From Candidatus Mycobacterium methanotrophicum (GTDB taxonomy: Bacteria; Actinomycetota; Actinomycetes; Mycobacteriales; Mycobacteriaceae): 32,000 bases of DNA. The notes under the pieces are model-generated. The model was given only the letters and a program-made list of their open reading frames with translations, was not told the DNA's origin and did not search any database. Numbering within the stretch: the stretch's first letter is position 1; the number at the start of each line of letters is the position of its first letter. Shown here piece after piece: positions 18,299 through 27,166 of the stretch. The translations under genes were made by a program, and so were the position numbers. Location of the stretch: assembly GCF_910591625.1 (NCBI RefSeq), contig NZ_CAJUXY010000041.1, one strand, 5' to 3'.

Positions 18299-19057
18299 AT
18301 GAGCGGCCATTCCAAGTGGGCCACCACCAAGCACAAGAAGGCCGTTGTCGACGCGCGTCGCGGCAAGAACTTCGCCAGGTTGATCAAGAACATCGAGGTC
18401 GCGGCCCGGGTCGGCGGCGGCGACCCGGCCGGCAACCCGACGCTCTACGACGCCGTCCAGAAGGCGAAGAAGAGCTCGGTGCCCAACGACAACATCGAGC
18501 GGGCGCGCAAACGCGGCGCCGGCGAGGAGGCCGGCGGCGCCGACTATCAGACCATCACCTACGAGGGCTACGGACCCAACGGTGTCGCGGTGTTGATCGA
18601 GTGCCTGACCGACAACCGCAACCGCGCCGCCAGCGAGGTGCGGGTGGCGATGACCCGCAACGGCGGCGCCATGGCCGACCCGGGCTCGGTGGCCTATCTG
18701 TTCGCCCGCAAGGGCGTGGTGACCTTGGAGAAGGACGGCCTGACGGAGGACGACGTGCTGACCGCCGTGCTGGAGGCCGGTGCCGAGGACGTCAACGACC
18801 TCGGCGACAGCTTCGAGATCATTTCGGAGCCAAGCGATTTGGTGGCGGTGCGGACTGCTTTGCAGGACGCCGGGATTGAGTACGAGTCCGCCGAGGCGGG
18901 TTTTCAGCCGTCGGTGAGCGTTCCGGTGGACGTTGACGGCGCACGAAAGGTGTTCAAGCTGGTCGACGCGCTGGAGGACAGCGATGACGTGCAGAACGTT
19001 TACACCAACATCGACGTCTCCGACGAGGTGCTTGCGGCGCTCGACGACGAGGAATAG
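18299..19057 (+). CDS. YebC/PmpR-family DNA-binding transcriptional regulator
   Basis: [37 protein letters not shown]...[28 protein letters not shown] is the canonical YebC signature (Rv2603c position). Confidence 0.95.
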   Translation: MSGHSKWATTKHKKAVVDARRGKNFARLIKNIEVAARVGGGDPAGNPTLYDAVQKAKKSSVPNDNIERARKRGAGEEAGGADYQTITYEGYGPNGVAVLIECLTDNRNRAASEVRVAMTRNGGAMADPGSVAYLFARKGVVTLEKDGLTEDDVLTAVLEAGAEDVNDLGDSFEIISEPSDLVAVRTALQDAGIEYESAEAGFQPSVSVPVDVDGARKVFKLVDALEDSDDVQNVYTNIDVSDEVLAALDDEE

Positions 19058-19115
19058 CCGGCCCCTCGGCGTCCCCTCGTGCAGTACCGTTGACGCCCAA
19101 GCGCACGAATCGATC

Positions 19116-19481
19116 TCAACCGCGCTGGCCAGGCTGGCCGGGTTGGCCGGGTTGACCGGGCTGACCGCCTGGTCCGGGCGCGCCGCCGGCGCCGCCTGCG
19201 CCGGGCGCGCCGCCGGCGCCGGGGACCCCGCCATTGCCGCCTTGGCCACCGTGCCCACCGGCTCCACCTTGGCCGCCCGCGCCGCCATTGCCGCCGTTGC
19301 CGCCGCCACCGTTCGGAGAATCGAAGAGGGCCGGGCCATTGACCGTTCTGATGTGGTCGCTCACGCCCGCGTTGGCGGCGGGTGCGGCGGTCAGCGGAAT
19401 CACCGCTGCGGCCACAAACATGCCGGCGGTCGCAGCGACGCTGCGTGACAGGCGGTTTCGCTTACTGTCGGGATGAGCCAT
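19116..19481 (-). CDS. Secreted glycine-rich repeat protein (GGxGG and PGQ repeats; no PE domain)
   Basis: ATG 19481 overlaps the upstream gene's TAA (TAATG). Signal peptide ...MFVAAAVIPLTAAPAANA|GV. The C-terminal half is GGGGNGGNGGAGGQGGAGGHGGQGGNGGVPGAGG...GGQPGQPGQPGQPGQRG, encoded by a 9-bp periodic DNA repeat at 19125-19169. Confidence 0.6.
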   Translation of the reverse strand: MAHPDSKRNRLSRSVAATAGMFVAAAVIPLTAAPAANAGVSDHIRTVNGPALFDSPNGGGGNGGNGGAGGQGGAGGHGGQGGNGGVPGAGGAPGAGGAGGAPGPGGQPGQPGQPGQPGQRG

Positions 19482-20047
19482 TATGCGCACAGCTTGTCGA
19501 GTTGGGCGATTTGCGAGTCCAAGTCGTGGCGTAACGGATCCTGAGCAGCGGCTCCTGCCTGGGTGAGGTAGTTGATGCCCAGCTGTTCGATGGTGTTGGC
19601 AAAGGAATTGGCGGCGCTGGCGAGATCAGCTGGGGCGGCGGCATTTGCCTCCACTCGGTCCTGTAGGTATGCGCCACCGCCGATGAGGGCCAATCGTGCA
19701 TTGGTGGCCACCGAGAGCTCGGCAATGGGGTCGTTGGGGTTGGCGCTTTGCATGTGGGTGTTGATGACGACCGCTTTGTGGGCAGAGGCGTAGGCCGAGC
19801 AGACGTTGGCTTTCGCGTCGCCGCCTTGCTGAGCTATCGAGACCCCTTTGTGCGCCGGGTAGAAGTATGCCAGGCCGGCAACGACCACGGCGACCACCGC
19901 GATTGCCAGGGCCGCGTAGATCAGCCACCGCGACGCATCCGACCAGCTCGGGGTGGGCGCCGGTCTGCTGGTGGAAGACTCTTGGTCGGCGGGGGAATGC
20001 TTCTGGCTTGCCCCGTGGGGCGATTCGGTGACAGGTCGATCAGACAT
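19481..20047 (-). CDS. Single-pass membrane protein with Ala-rich extracytoplasmic domain (hypothetical)
   Basis: ORF 19481..20110 is trimmed to ATG 20047, which has TATCCT + 6 nt upstream (leaderless geometry). Pro/Ser-rich N-terminus, TM helix WLIYAALAIAVVAVVVAGLAYF, then a roughly 110-aa helical domain ending in Cys-Ala. Confidence 0.55.
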   Translation of the reverse strand: MSDRPVTESPHGASQKHSPADQESSTSRPAPTPSWSDASRWLIYAALAIAVVAVVVAGLAYFYPAHKGVSIAQQGGDAKANVCSAYASAHKAVVINTHMQSANPNDPIAELSVATNARLALIGGGAYLQDRVEANAAAPADLASAANSFANTIEQLGINYLTQAGAAAQDPLRHDLDSQIAQLDKLCA

Positions 20048-20220
20048 TGGCTGAGGATATCGCGCAATGTTGGCGTTGGTTGGGCATTGCCCAAATGTTT
20101 TCGGCCACATCGGGTTGCCTCGAGCAGCTCATGACGCCGCGTCCGACCGCGGTTATCCGCGGCTGAAGGCCCGTGGAGATGACACGCCGAGCCGTCAGGT
20201 CCGGCGCGCGAATGACGGCG

Positions 20221-21477
<1,257 letters not shown>

Positions 21478-21734
21478 TCAAGGATGAAACGCTTCGGCCG
21501 AGAGCGTCAGCGGATCCACAGATCGTCTTCTCATCCCCGGAGCGATTATGGGCTACTCCCGTTCCGCCCGCACGCGGGGTCCGGCAACCGCTCCACGTTT
21601 GTTCATACCCGAAGGCGTTCGCATCGAGACCCCGGCGCGCTTTTGTGCGCCGCGGTGAGGTCTGGCGACTGGCGATGCGGTTTACGAACGAACAAAGTAG
21701 ACAAAAGTAGATAATTCGCTGGTATCTTGGCCGC

Positions 21735-21986
21735 ATGAAGTCCATCTCCGTCGGTGAGCTGCGCCAGAATCCTGCTCCAATGATCGCCGGCCTCGAAGGG
21801 GGCGAGCCGTACGCGCTGACCCGCCATAACCGCCGGATCGGCACGATCCTTCCCGCGGTCTCGTCGGCAGCCCTTATTCCCCGGAAGGCAAACGGACCCG
21901 CACGTACCCGCACAATCGCCCGCCACGACCTCACCACGGCATCGACAATCGATGAGCTTCTCAACGAAGAAAAGGGCCTGTGGTGA
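21735..21986 (+). CDS. vapB: Type II antitoxin, Phd/YefM-like VapB
   Basis: 83 aa. MKSISVGELRQNPAPMIAGLEGGEPYALTRHNRRIGTILP is a Phd/YefM N-terminal fold. Overlaps the downstream PIN gene. TATCTT (21723-21728) + 6 nt + ATG. Confidence 0.8.
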   Translation: MKSISVGELRQNPAPMIAGLEGGEPYALTRHNRRIGTILPAVSSAALIPRKANGPARTRTIARHDLTTASTIDELLNEEKGLW

Positions 21987-22381
21987 CTCACCATTACCTC
22001 GACAGCTCGGTCGCGGTGCGCATCATGCTCGCCCATTCGCCGTCAGCGGCCCGATGGTTCGACAGCACGACCGGCAGAGACGCTGATCGCGTCGTTTCCT
22101 CACGCATCCTCCGCACCGAGATCACTCGCGTATTGCGACGGGAGAGCTTGCCGGTCGCCGACCGCGACCAGATTCTGGACTACATCGACACGATCCCGCT
22201 CGACCACGCCGTTTTGCAGGAAGCGGAAGCAATCATCCCTCACATTCGCACGCTCGACGCCATTCACCTCGCGTCGGCGTTGCGTTCCGGCCTCGATGAC
22301 CTTGTTATCACCACGCACGACATGACCATGAAATCGGTGGCTGTGATGCTTGGGTTCCGTATCGCCGATCCGGTGGAATAG
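21980..22381 (+). CDS. vapC: PIN-domain ribonuclease toxin VapC
   Basis: 133 aa. Acidic PIN residues lie in YLDSS, RTEITR, LDAIHLASAL and TTHD. Start GTG 21980/21983 overlaps the vapB stop. Confidence 0.85.
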   Translation: MVTHHYLDSSVAVRIMLAHSPSAARWFDSTTGRDADRVVSSRILRTEITRVLRRESLPVADRDQILDYIDTIPLDHAVLQEAEAIIPHIRTLDAIHLASALRSGLDDLVITTHDMTMKSVAVMLGFRIADPVE

Positions 22382-22452
22382 CGCACCTTGCGGGCCAGTC
22401 GAGTCCGCGCACCGGAGACGCTCGTGGCGAGATCCCGGTAGGCTTTTGCGAC

Positions 22453-22812
22453 ATGACCGAGCCGTCCGGGAACCTCGAATCCCGAATGGATGCGCCGGAG
22501 GCGCGTGTCGATGAGCTCGCCGAACAGCTGCAGGAAGCCAGGCAGGACGAGGTTGCCGCGCGAGTGCTTGCGGGGGGAGCCGATCGGGACGTCGAACAAG
22601 CGCGCAGCGAGATCCGCGGTTTTCGGCAGGCCACGGTTGCGAGCTTCAACGCCATGCGCGACGATCTGATCGACCTGGGGGCCCGGATGGACAGCGGGTT
22701 CGCCGATGTGCGCGGACAACTAGACACGACCGCAGCCGGGCTCGCCCACATCACAGCCCTATTGACCGGGTTGACCGGTGGGCGCGAGGACGACAGCGCC
22801 GGGCCTGCTTGA
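22453..22812 (+). CDS. Hypothetical coiled-coil protein (119 aa)
   Basis: Third-position G/C enrichment favours this frame over the two overlapping minus-strand ORFs. Heptad-like acidic/Arg-rich helix (RVDELAEQLQEARQDEVAARVLAGGADRDVEQARSEIRGFRQ). No family recognised. Confidence 0.45.
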   Translation: MTEPSGNLESRMDAPEARVDELAEQLQEARQDEVAARVLAGGADRDVEQARSEIRGFRQATVASFNAMRDDLIDLGARMDSGFADVRGQLDTTAAGLAHITALLTGLTGGREDDSAGPA

Positions 22813-22940
22813 TCTTTGCCGGTCGTCGGTGGGCGTCGGCAACGCACCTAACGCAGAGGCTTCAGACGACTCTCGCCTCGATTCGCGGCGCCGGTGACGA
22901 GGGGGACCCGAGCGGCTGAGAGCCCTGCGCGCAGGTTGGG

Positions 22941-24509
22941 TCAGATCCCCGATAGCAGGTCCACTAGGTTGACCAGGGTACCGCCGAGGTTCTCCGCGAC
23001 GGGTGGGATCACCGCGTACGCCAGCGCGAACGGGAGCAATCCTGCGGTGATACCGATCCCGTCGGCGAGCCCGGCGAGCGGGTCACCGGCCTGGAGTTGG
23101 TCGGCGAAGACATTGCCAACTTCCGTCGGGAGGCTGGTAAGCAGCGCGTTGATGGTGTCGGCGATGGGGAGCAGCGTCGCGTAGTCGGCCGAGAGCGTGC
23201 CGCTGAGATCGTTGACGATGTCGGACGGCGAGGAGGCCAATGTGGCATTTGACGTCGGGAAACCGGCGAACTCCTCGAGCACGGTGCGCGCCAGCTCCAG
23301 CAGCTCCGACGGATTCGCCAGCAGCTGCGACGGGGTGGTGGCATCGGTGAAACCCAAGGTATGCGCGGCGCCCACCAAGGGCGAGAGAGCGTCCAACGCC
23401 GCGGTCTGGTCGGCGGCCGGATTGTGTAGATCGCCGAGCGCGGTCGTGATGCCTTGCTGTGCCCCGTTGACCAAGTCGGTGAAAAGCTGGCTGAGGTTGA
23501 TATCGGTCGGCAAAAACCCGACCGGGGTAGCCACGTTCGCCGGTCCTTGGTTCCAGCCTTCGGTGAGGCTGCCGTAGCCCAGGTCCACCAGTATGCGGGT
23601 GTCCGGTTCCAACAGGTCATACAACGGTTTCAGGCCGAGCGACAGCAGCGGCTCCAGCAGCGGCAGATGTTGGTCGGGAATCACGTAGTAGTTGGTCAGG
23701 GTGTCGGCCACCGACGTCGGCAGTTGGATTGCGTCTTGGATTTGTTCGGGGGACAGATCTGCATAGGTGAGGTGCTGGAAAGTGATGCCGGAAAGCGCGT
23801 TGAGGGTGGACAGCTCGTCGATTGGGTAGCGCGGCAAGTCGGCGAAGCCGTCGTATTCCAAGGTGTACACGTCGGTGGGGTAGAGGTCGCTGGGTTGGTC
23901 GCCGGTGAAGGTGAGGCCCAGGGCGGGCACCGACGGGTCGGCGCCGACGGGGTCGTCGAAGCTTGAGAGGGAACCCCCGTTGGGCGCGCTTTCGTCGCCC
24001 ACCAGCACGAAATGAACGTCGTCGCTGGGCACGCCTTGCTTGGCGAGCTCCGGCATCAAATCCGACGAGATCACCGAGCTTTGGGAGTAGCCGAACACCA
24101 CGACCGGGTTTTCGGCGTCCACGTGCCCGCCGGCGATCTGATGCAGGATATCGGTGTCGAGGATTTGTTGGCCCTGGGCCTCCGAGGTGTCGAAGGGCAA
24201 GCTCTTGACGCCGGTGATCGGGTACAAGGCCTCGGGAGTGTCCACCGGTTGCAGAGTGCCGTCGAAGCCGCGTGGCGCCAGGTAGAGCTGGTCGACCGCA
24301 TCCACATAACCCTGCGGAGGGATGGGGATGCCGCTGGGGCCGACGACTAACGCCGTGCCGTCGCCCAGCGGCGAATCCGCGGTGTCAATGCTGGTGAGCT
24401 TGACCGCGCGTGCTTGTGGTCCCGGTGACAACGTCGGCGGCACAGCGATCAGGCCGACGCCGGCCATGACGATACCGGTGGTGACATGGGCAAACCGACG
24501 ACCTGACAA
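22941..24509 (-). CDS. Stand-alone PE-PPE-domain (PF08237-like) serine hydrolase with N-terminal signal/TM segment
   Basis: 522 aa. ALVVGPSGIPIPPQGYVDAVDQLYL...ALYPITGVKSLPFDTSEAQG...VVVFGYSQSSVISS...APNGG...YPTDVYTLEYDGFADLPRYP...LVDLGYG matches the PE-PPE domain with its GxSxS/G nucleophile elbow. There is no PE or PPE N-terminal module. TTG 24509 has GAGAGG upstream. Confidence 0.8.
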   Translation of the reverse strand: MSGRRFAHVTTGIVMAGVGLIAVPPTLSPGPQARAVKLTSIDTADSPLGDGTALVVGPSGIPIPPQGYVDAVDQLYLAPRGFDGTLQPVDTPEALYPITGVKSLPFDTSEAQGQQILDTDILHQIAGGHVDAENPVVVFGYSQSSVISSDLMPELAKQGVPSDDVHFVLVGDESAPNGGSLSSFDDPVGADPSVPALGLTFTGDQPSDLYPTDVYTLEYDGFADLPRYPIDELSTLNALSGITFQHLTYADLSPEQIQDAIQLPTSVADTLTNYYVIPDQHLPLLEPLLSLGLKPLYDLLEPDTRILVDLGYGSLTEGWNQGPANVATPVGFLPTDINLSQLFTDLVNGAQQGITTALGDLHNPAADQTAALDALSPLVGAAHTLGFTDATTPSQLLANPSELLELARTVLEEFAGFPTSNATLASSPSDIVNDLSGTLSADYATLLPIADTINALLTSLPTEVGNVFADQLQAGDPLAGLADGIGITAGLLPFALAYAVIPPVAENLGGTLVNLVDLLSGI

Positions 24510-24788
24510 TGACGACCTCTCTGGTCAGAGACGGCGACGGGTCCGCCCGCAGTAGAACACCCCAACCATTGTGAGTCAAACGCACACATTTTGCTAAACC
24601 TGGTGCGCGGGTCGCACCCGGAAAGATGTTGGTGGCCAAGACATCAGGCCGCCGCTACCAACCAGCACGGCGGAACGGCCGACCGCTCGGCGTGGTCTGC
24701 CGTCCGGCCGTAATCGGCGTCGCATGGCCGAAGTGTAGGGGTGGCCGCTGCGGCCGGTTGATCGTCGGTGACCCCACCGTGCCTCTGT

Positions 24789-25094
24789 CTAGGGACCCTG
24801 CTCGCTGCGGTCGACCGCAAGGCGCGCCAGCAGTACGGCCGGCACCGGGTCGGGCATCCCTCGTCGTAGGCGCGAGGGAGCGCGGTCGTGAGTGACCGCG
24901 CTCATCGCCAGCGCGTAGTAGCCCACGACCGTGTCGCCTCGGCGCAGCACGTAGGTGGCTGCGGTGCCAGCTAAGGCGGCGATGTGCGCGGAGTTTCGCA
25001 ACCAGCGATCAAGATCGGCGACTCCGGAGTCGAACCGATCGAGGCGATGCTCGACGGATAGCAGCTCGACGGGTCGAAGCTTCCCGCCGTTCAC
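24789..25094 (-). pseudogene. GNAT-family (TacT-like) acetyltransferase toxin, truncated after 101 codons
   Basis: Start overlaps the antitoxin stop (ATGA). ...FDSGVADLDRWLRNSAHIAALAGTAATYVLRRGDTVVGYYALAMSAV...AVLLARLAVDRSEQG then stops, exactly where the acetyl-CoA motif (Q/R-x-x-G-x-G/A) and the last ~60-70 aa should follow. Confidence 0.65.
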
Positions 25095-25375
25095 CGAAAT
25101 GGGATCGGGCTTGGCTCTTGGGCGTAGCGGCTCAGGGTTGGCATCGGCTCAATCTCGGCATCGAGTGCAGCGACGAACCGTTCGAATGCCGCGCTCTTAA
25201 TGGCGATACGTCCGGCATTTTCGAGGACGTGGGTGGCGCGCTCTCCTGCAGCCGAAAGCATGAAGCCCGTCAGTGTCTCGCCGGCCGCCTCCGCGGCAGC
25301 GCGCAGACGGGCCTCTTGGTTTGCGTCTACCCGCAGGTTGATTCGCCCATGGCTCTTGTGTTCGACGGAAGCCAT
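25091..25375 (-). CDS. DUF1778 (TacA-like, RHH) antitoxin
   Basis: 94 aa. GRINLRVDANQEARLRAAAEAAGETLTGFMLSAAGERATHVLE is the DUF1778 pattern that pairs with GNAT toxins. Confidence 0.8.
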   Translation of the reverse strand: MASVEHKSHGRINLRVDANQEARLRAAAEAAGETLTGFMLSAAGERATHVLENAGRIAIKSAAFERFVAALDAEIEPMPTLSRYAQEPSPIPFR

Positions 25376-25447
25376 CCCGCCGTTGTACTCACTCGGTACG
25401 TACGCATAGACGACCCGGCGGTTTGCCTCCGTTGCGTCGCCTCCCGA

Positions 25448-25919
25448 CCGCTCAAGGCGAAAGAGGCGTGCTAGTGGCCGGTCAACGCATCCAACGAAAA
25501 TTGCATGTCTGTCGGCTGGTGCACCTGGACCCGGTCTCCGTCGAGCGCCGCAACTTGTCGATAGATTTCGCCGTCGAGGCGGTAGACGACAAATCGGTCA
25601 TCAATCGGTGCGTCGGGATCGACGATCCAGTAGTTCGCGATGCGCGCCTTGGCGTACTCGTGCGACTTCATGACGTGGTCTCGCCCACGCGAGCCCGGCG
25701 ATACGATCTCGACGACGAGCACAGCATCGGCTGCCGGAATCCGGGCAAGGCGTCCCTGGAACACGCGATCCGGAACCACCACGATGTCAGGCTCACGGAC
25801 GCTCGGCGGGAACGATGGGCTCGTGATCACCTCGATCTCGGGAACAGCCTCGAAGCCATCCGGCAGGTGATCATCGAGAATGCGGACAAGCCTTTTCGAA
25901 ATGCGCTGATGCCACAGTT
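25448..25919. repeat. 472-bp direct repeat, copy 1 (partner 30327..30798; 471/472 identical)
   Basis: Constant offset of 4879 bp. The single mismatch is T25838 versus C30717. Flanks diverge at both ends (a/t before the repeat, t/c after it). Confidence 0.95.
25471..25919 (-). pseudogene. Uma2-family (DUF820) endonuclease, 5'-truncated duplicate
   Basis: Identical to the C-terminal 149 codons of the 30350..30922 gene (one substitution). The N-terminal ~40 codons are replaced by unrelated sequence (MVHIDGDYARTAEDAAAHRPRPTAAMK...). Confidence 0.7.
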
Positions 25920-26102
25920 TCATCGCTGCTGTGGGGCGTGGGCGGTGAGCGGCCGCATCTTCGGCGGTGCGGGCGTAATCGCCGTCGATGTGCACCACGC
26001 TGAGCCCATGACGGACGGCGTGGGCTCCGCATGGTTGCCCTCGGCTGGGAATCTCGCAGCATCGACGTTGCCTGACTCCCGCCGCGTATCCTTACCTCGA
26101 GC

Positions 26103-26148
26103 GAATAGTAAGGAATAGTAAGGAATAGTAAGGAATAGTAAGGAATAG
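26103..26148. repeat. 10-bp tandem repeat GAATAGTAAG x4 plus a partial unit, ending 2 nt before the antitoxin ATG
   Basis: gaatagtaag gaatagtaag gaatagtaag gaatagtaag gaatag cg ATG(26151). Strongly AT-rich for this genome. Each unit carries an SD-like TAAGGA. Confidence 0.95.
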
Positions 26149-26150
26149 CG

Positions 26151-26411
26151 ATGGACGCTGCGGCCAAGCTGACATCAAAGGGGCAGGTGACCGTCCCGAA
26201 GGCGGTGCGGGATGCGCTCGGCCTCAAGGAGGGCGACGACGTGATCTTCCGGGTGGAAGGCAATCGAGCGGTGCTGGCCCGGACGCCGAACTTCCTCACC
26301 CTGGCCGGAACTGTGCGTGTCCCGGCGGCGAAACGCAACGTCGCGTGGGATGTCGCGTGGGATGAGGTGATCCGCCGCAGCCGGGCCGCTCGAGCTGCAG
26401 ACCGCCGTTGA
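26151..26411 (+). CDS. vapB: AbrB/SpoVT-type antitoxin (VapB/MazE-like)
   Basis: 86 aa. KLTSKGQVTVPKAVRDALGLKEGDDVIFRVEGNRAVL is the swapped-hairpin AbrB/SpoVT motif. The stop overlaps the downstream PIN ORF (TTGA). Confidence 0.8.
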   Translation: MDAAAKLTSKGQVTVPKAVRDALGLKEGDDVIFRVEGNRAVLARTPNFLTLAGTVRVPAAKRNVAWDVAWDEVIRRSRAARAADRR

Positions 26412-26811
26412 CCGCGATCGTTGACACCGACGTCCTTGCGCGTCATCTGGCGGGCGACCCGCCTGAGATCGCGGCCCGCGCGACTGCCTACCTCGGGACC
26501 GGGCAAGAGTTACTGCTCGCTGACCTCGTCGTGGCTGAGACGGTGTAGGTGGTGGAGTCCTTTTACCGAACGCCCCGCGGCCACGTTGCCGAAGCCATGA
26601 GATCGCTGATCGCATTCGACTCCGTTGTGTGTGTGTGGATCCGGCGCTTCTTTTGCGTGCGGTCGAGGTCTACGAGGCTGACCGGATCGATTTCGCGGAG
26701 GCATATCTTGTCGCGTGCGCCGAGAGCGCCGGGGTCATCAAGGTAGCCTCTTTCGACCGGTCCATCGATCGCATCAATACGATCGAACGGATTGAACCGC
26801 CGCCGGTCTGA
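26408..26811 (+). pseudogene. vapC: PIN-domain VapC toxin inactivated by an in-frame TAG and a frameshift in a (TG)6 tract
   Basis: TTG 26408 reads TAIVDTDVLARHL...LLLADLVVAETV, then TAG (26546-26548), then VVESFYRTPRGHVAEAMRSLIAFDSVVCV. The frame shifts at (TG)6 26626-26637, then reads DPALLLRAVEVYEADRIDFAEAYLVACAESAGVIKVASFDRSIDRI. The joined sequence is a full-length PIN domain. Confidence 0.75.
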
Positions 26812-26875
26812 TCCGCAAGCGCCCGCGCGGCAACAGCCGGCAAGACCCGGCGGGACACCACGAACTCCCGCTGAT

Positions 26876-27166
26876 TTGGGGGCCAAAACCTTTGGGGCGC
26901 AACGCTATCGGTGTGGCCGCGCGAGGCGCCGTTCGGCGCCGACGGCGGTGGCCCCCGAGTTGATCTGTGTGCTGGCGTTCACCAGCGTCGAACGCCCCGC
27001 CTGGGCGCGTCGGGTTCGCGTCGCTTCCGGCGGCGGCTGGGCCGTCGCCGAGCAGATCCGCGCCGTGGCCGGCGACCGGTTGCGCCGCTACGCGCCCGAG
27101 ATCCGGCTATCGGCGGCAGAACTCAACGAAGTACGGCACATACTGGGGCAAATGCCGATCGTCTGA
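26876..27166 (+). CDS. MazF/PemK-like toxin, orphan (no adjacent antitoxin); start uncertain
   Basis: The C-terminal part of ORF 26792..27166 has high third-position G/C. ...GAQRYRCG...ELICVLAFTS...WAVAEQIRAVAGDRLRRYAPEIRLSAAELNEVRHILGQM resembles the MazF core and C-terminus (compare MazF4 QVYRCDLG..., from memory). TTG 26876 is the first plausible start. Confidence 0.45.
   Translation: MGAKTFGAQRYRCGRARRRSAPTAVAPELICVLAFTSVERPAWARRVRVASGGGWAVAEQIRAVAGDRLRRYAPEIRLSAAELNEVRHILGQMPIV

Noticed and set aside
19116-19490. Calling the Gly-rich ORF a PE_PGRS gene.
   Set aside because: No PE domain is present (no N-terminal ~100-aa PE helix pair or YxxxD/E motif). The N-terminus is a Sec-type signal peptide, so only PGRS-like composition can be claimed.
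25385-25403. GTAC / GTACGTAC palindromic motifs upstream of tacA as an operator.
   Set aside because: The motifs are only 4-8 bp and could easily arise by chance. No second matching half-site arrangement supports the call.
26103-26148. The tandem repeats at 26103-26148 and 28941-28976 as a CRISPR array.
   Set aside because: The units are 10-12 bp and directly abutting, with no spacers. No cas genes are in the window.
25871-26506. 211-aa minus-strand ORF reading through the tandem repeat (…IPYYSLLFLTIPYYSLEV…).
   Set aside because: It is antisense to the well-supported AbrB-type antitoxin and has an Arg-rich, low-complexity composition. The repeat-derived peptide is an artefact of translating the tandem repeat.
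26792-26875. N-terminal 28 codons of ORF 26792..27166 (MNRRRSDPQAPARQQPARPGGTPRTPAD) as part of the MazF-like protein.
   Set aside because: This stretch overlaps the end of the vapC pseudogene and is Arg/Pro-rich, with no MazF similarity. The MazF-like similarity starts only after about 26876.
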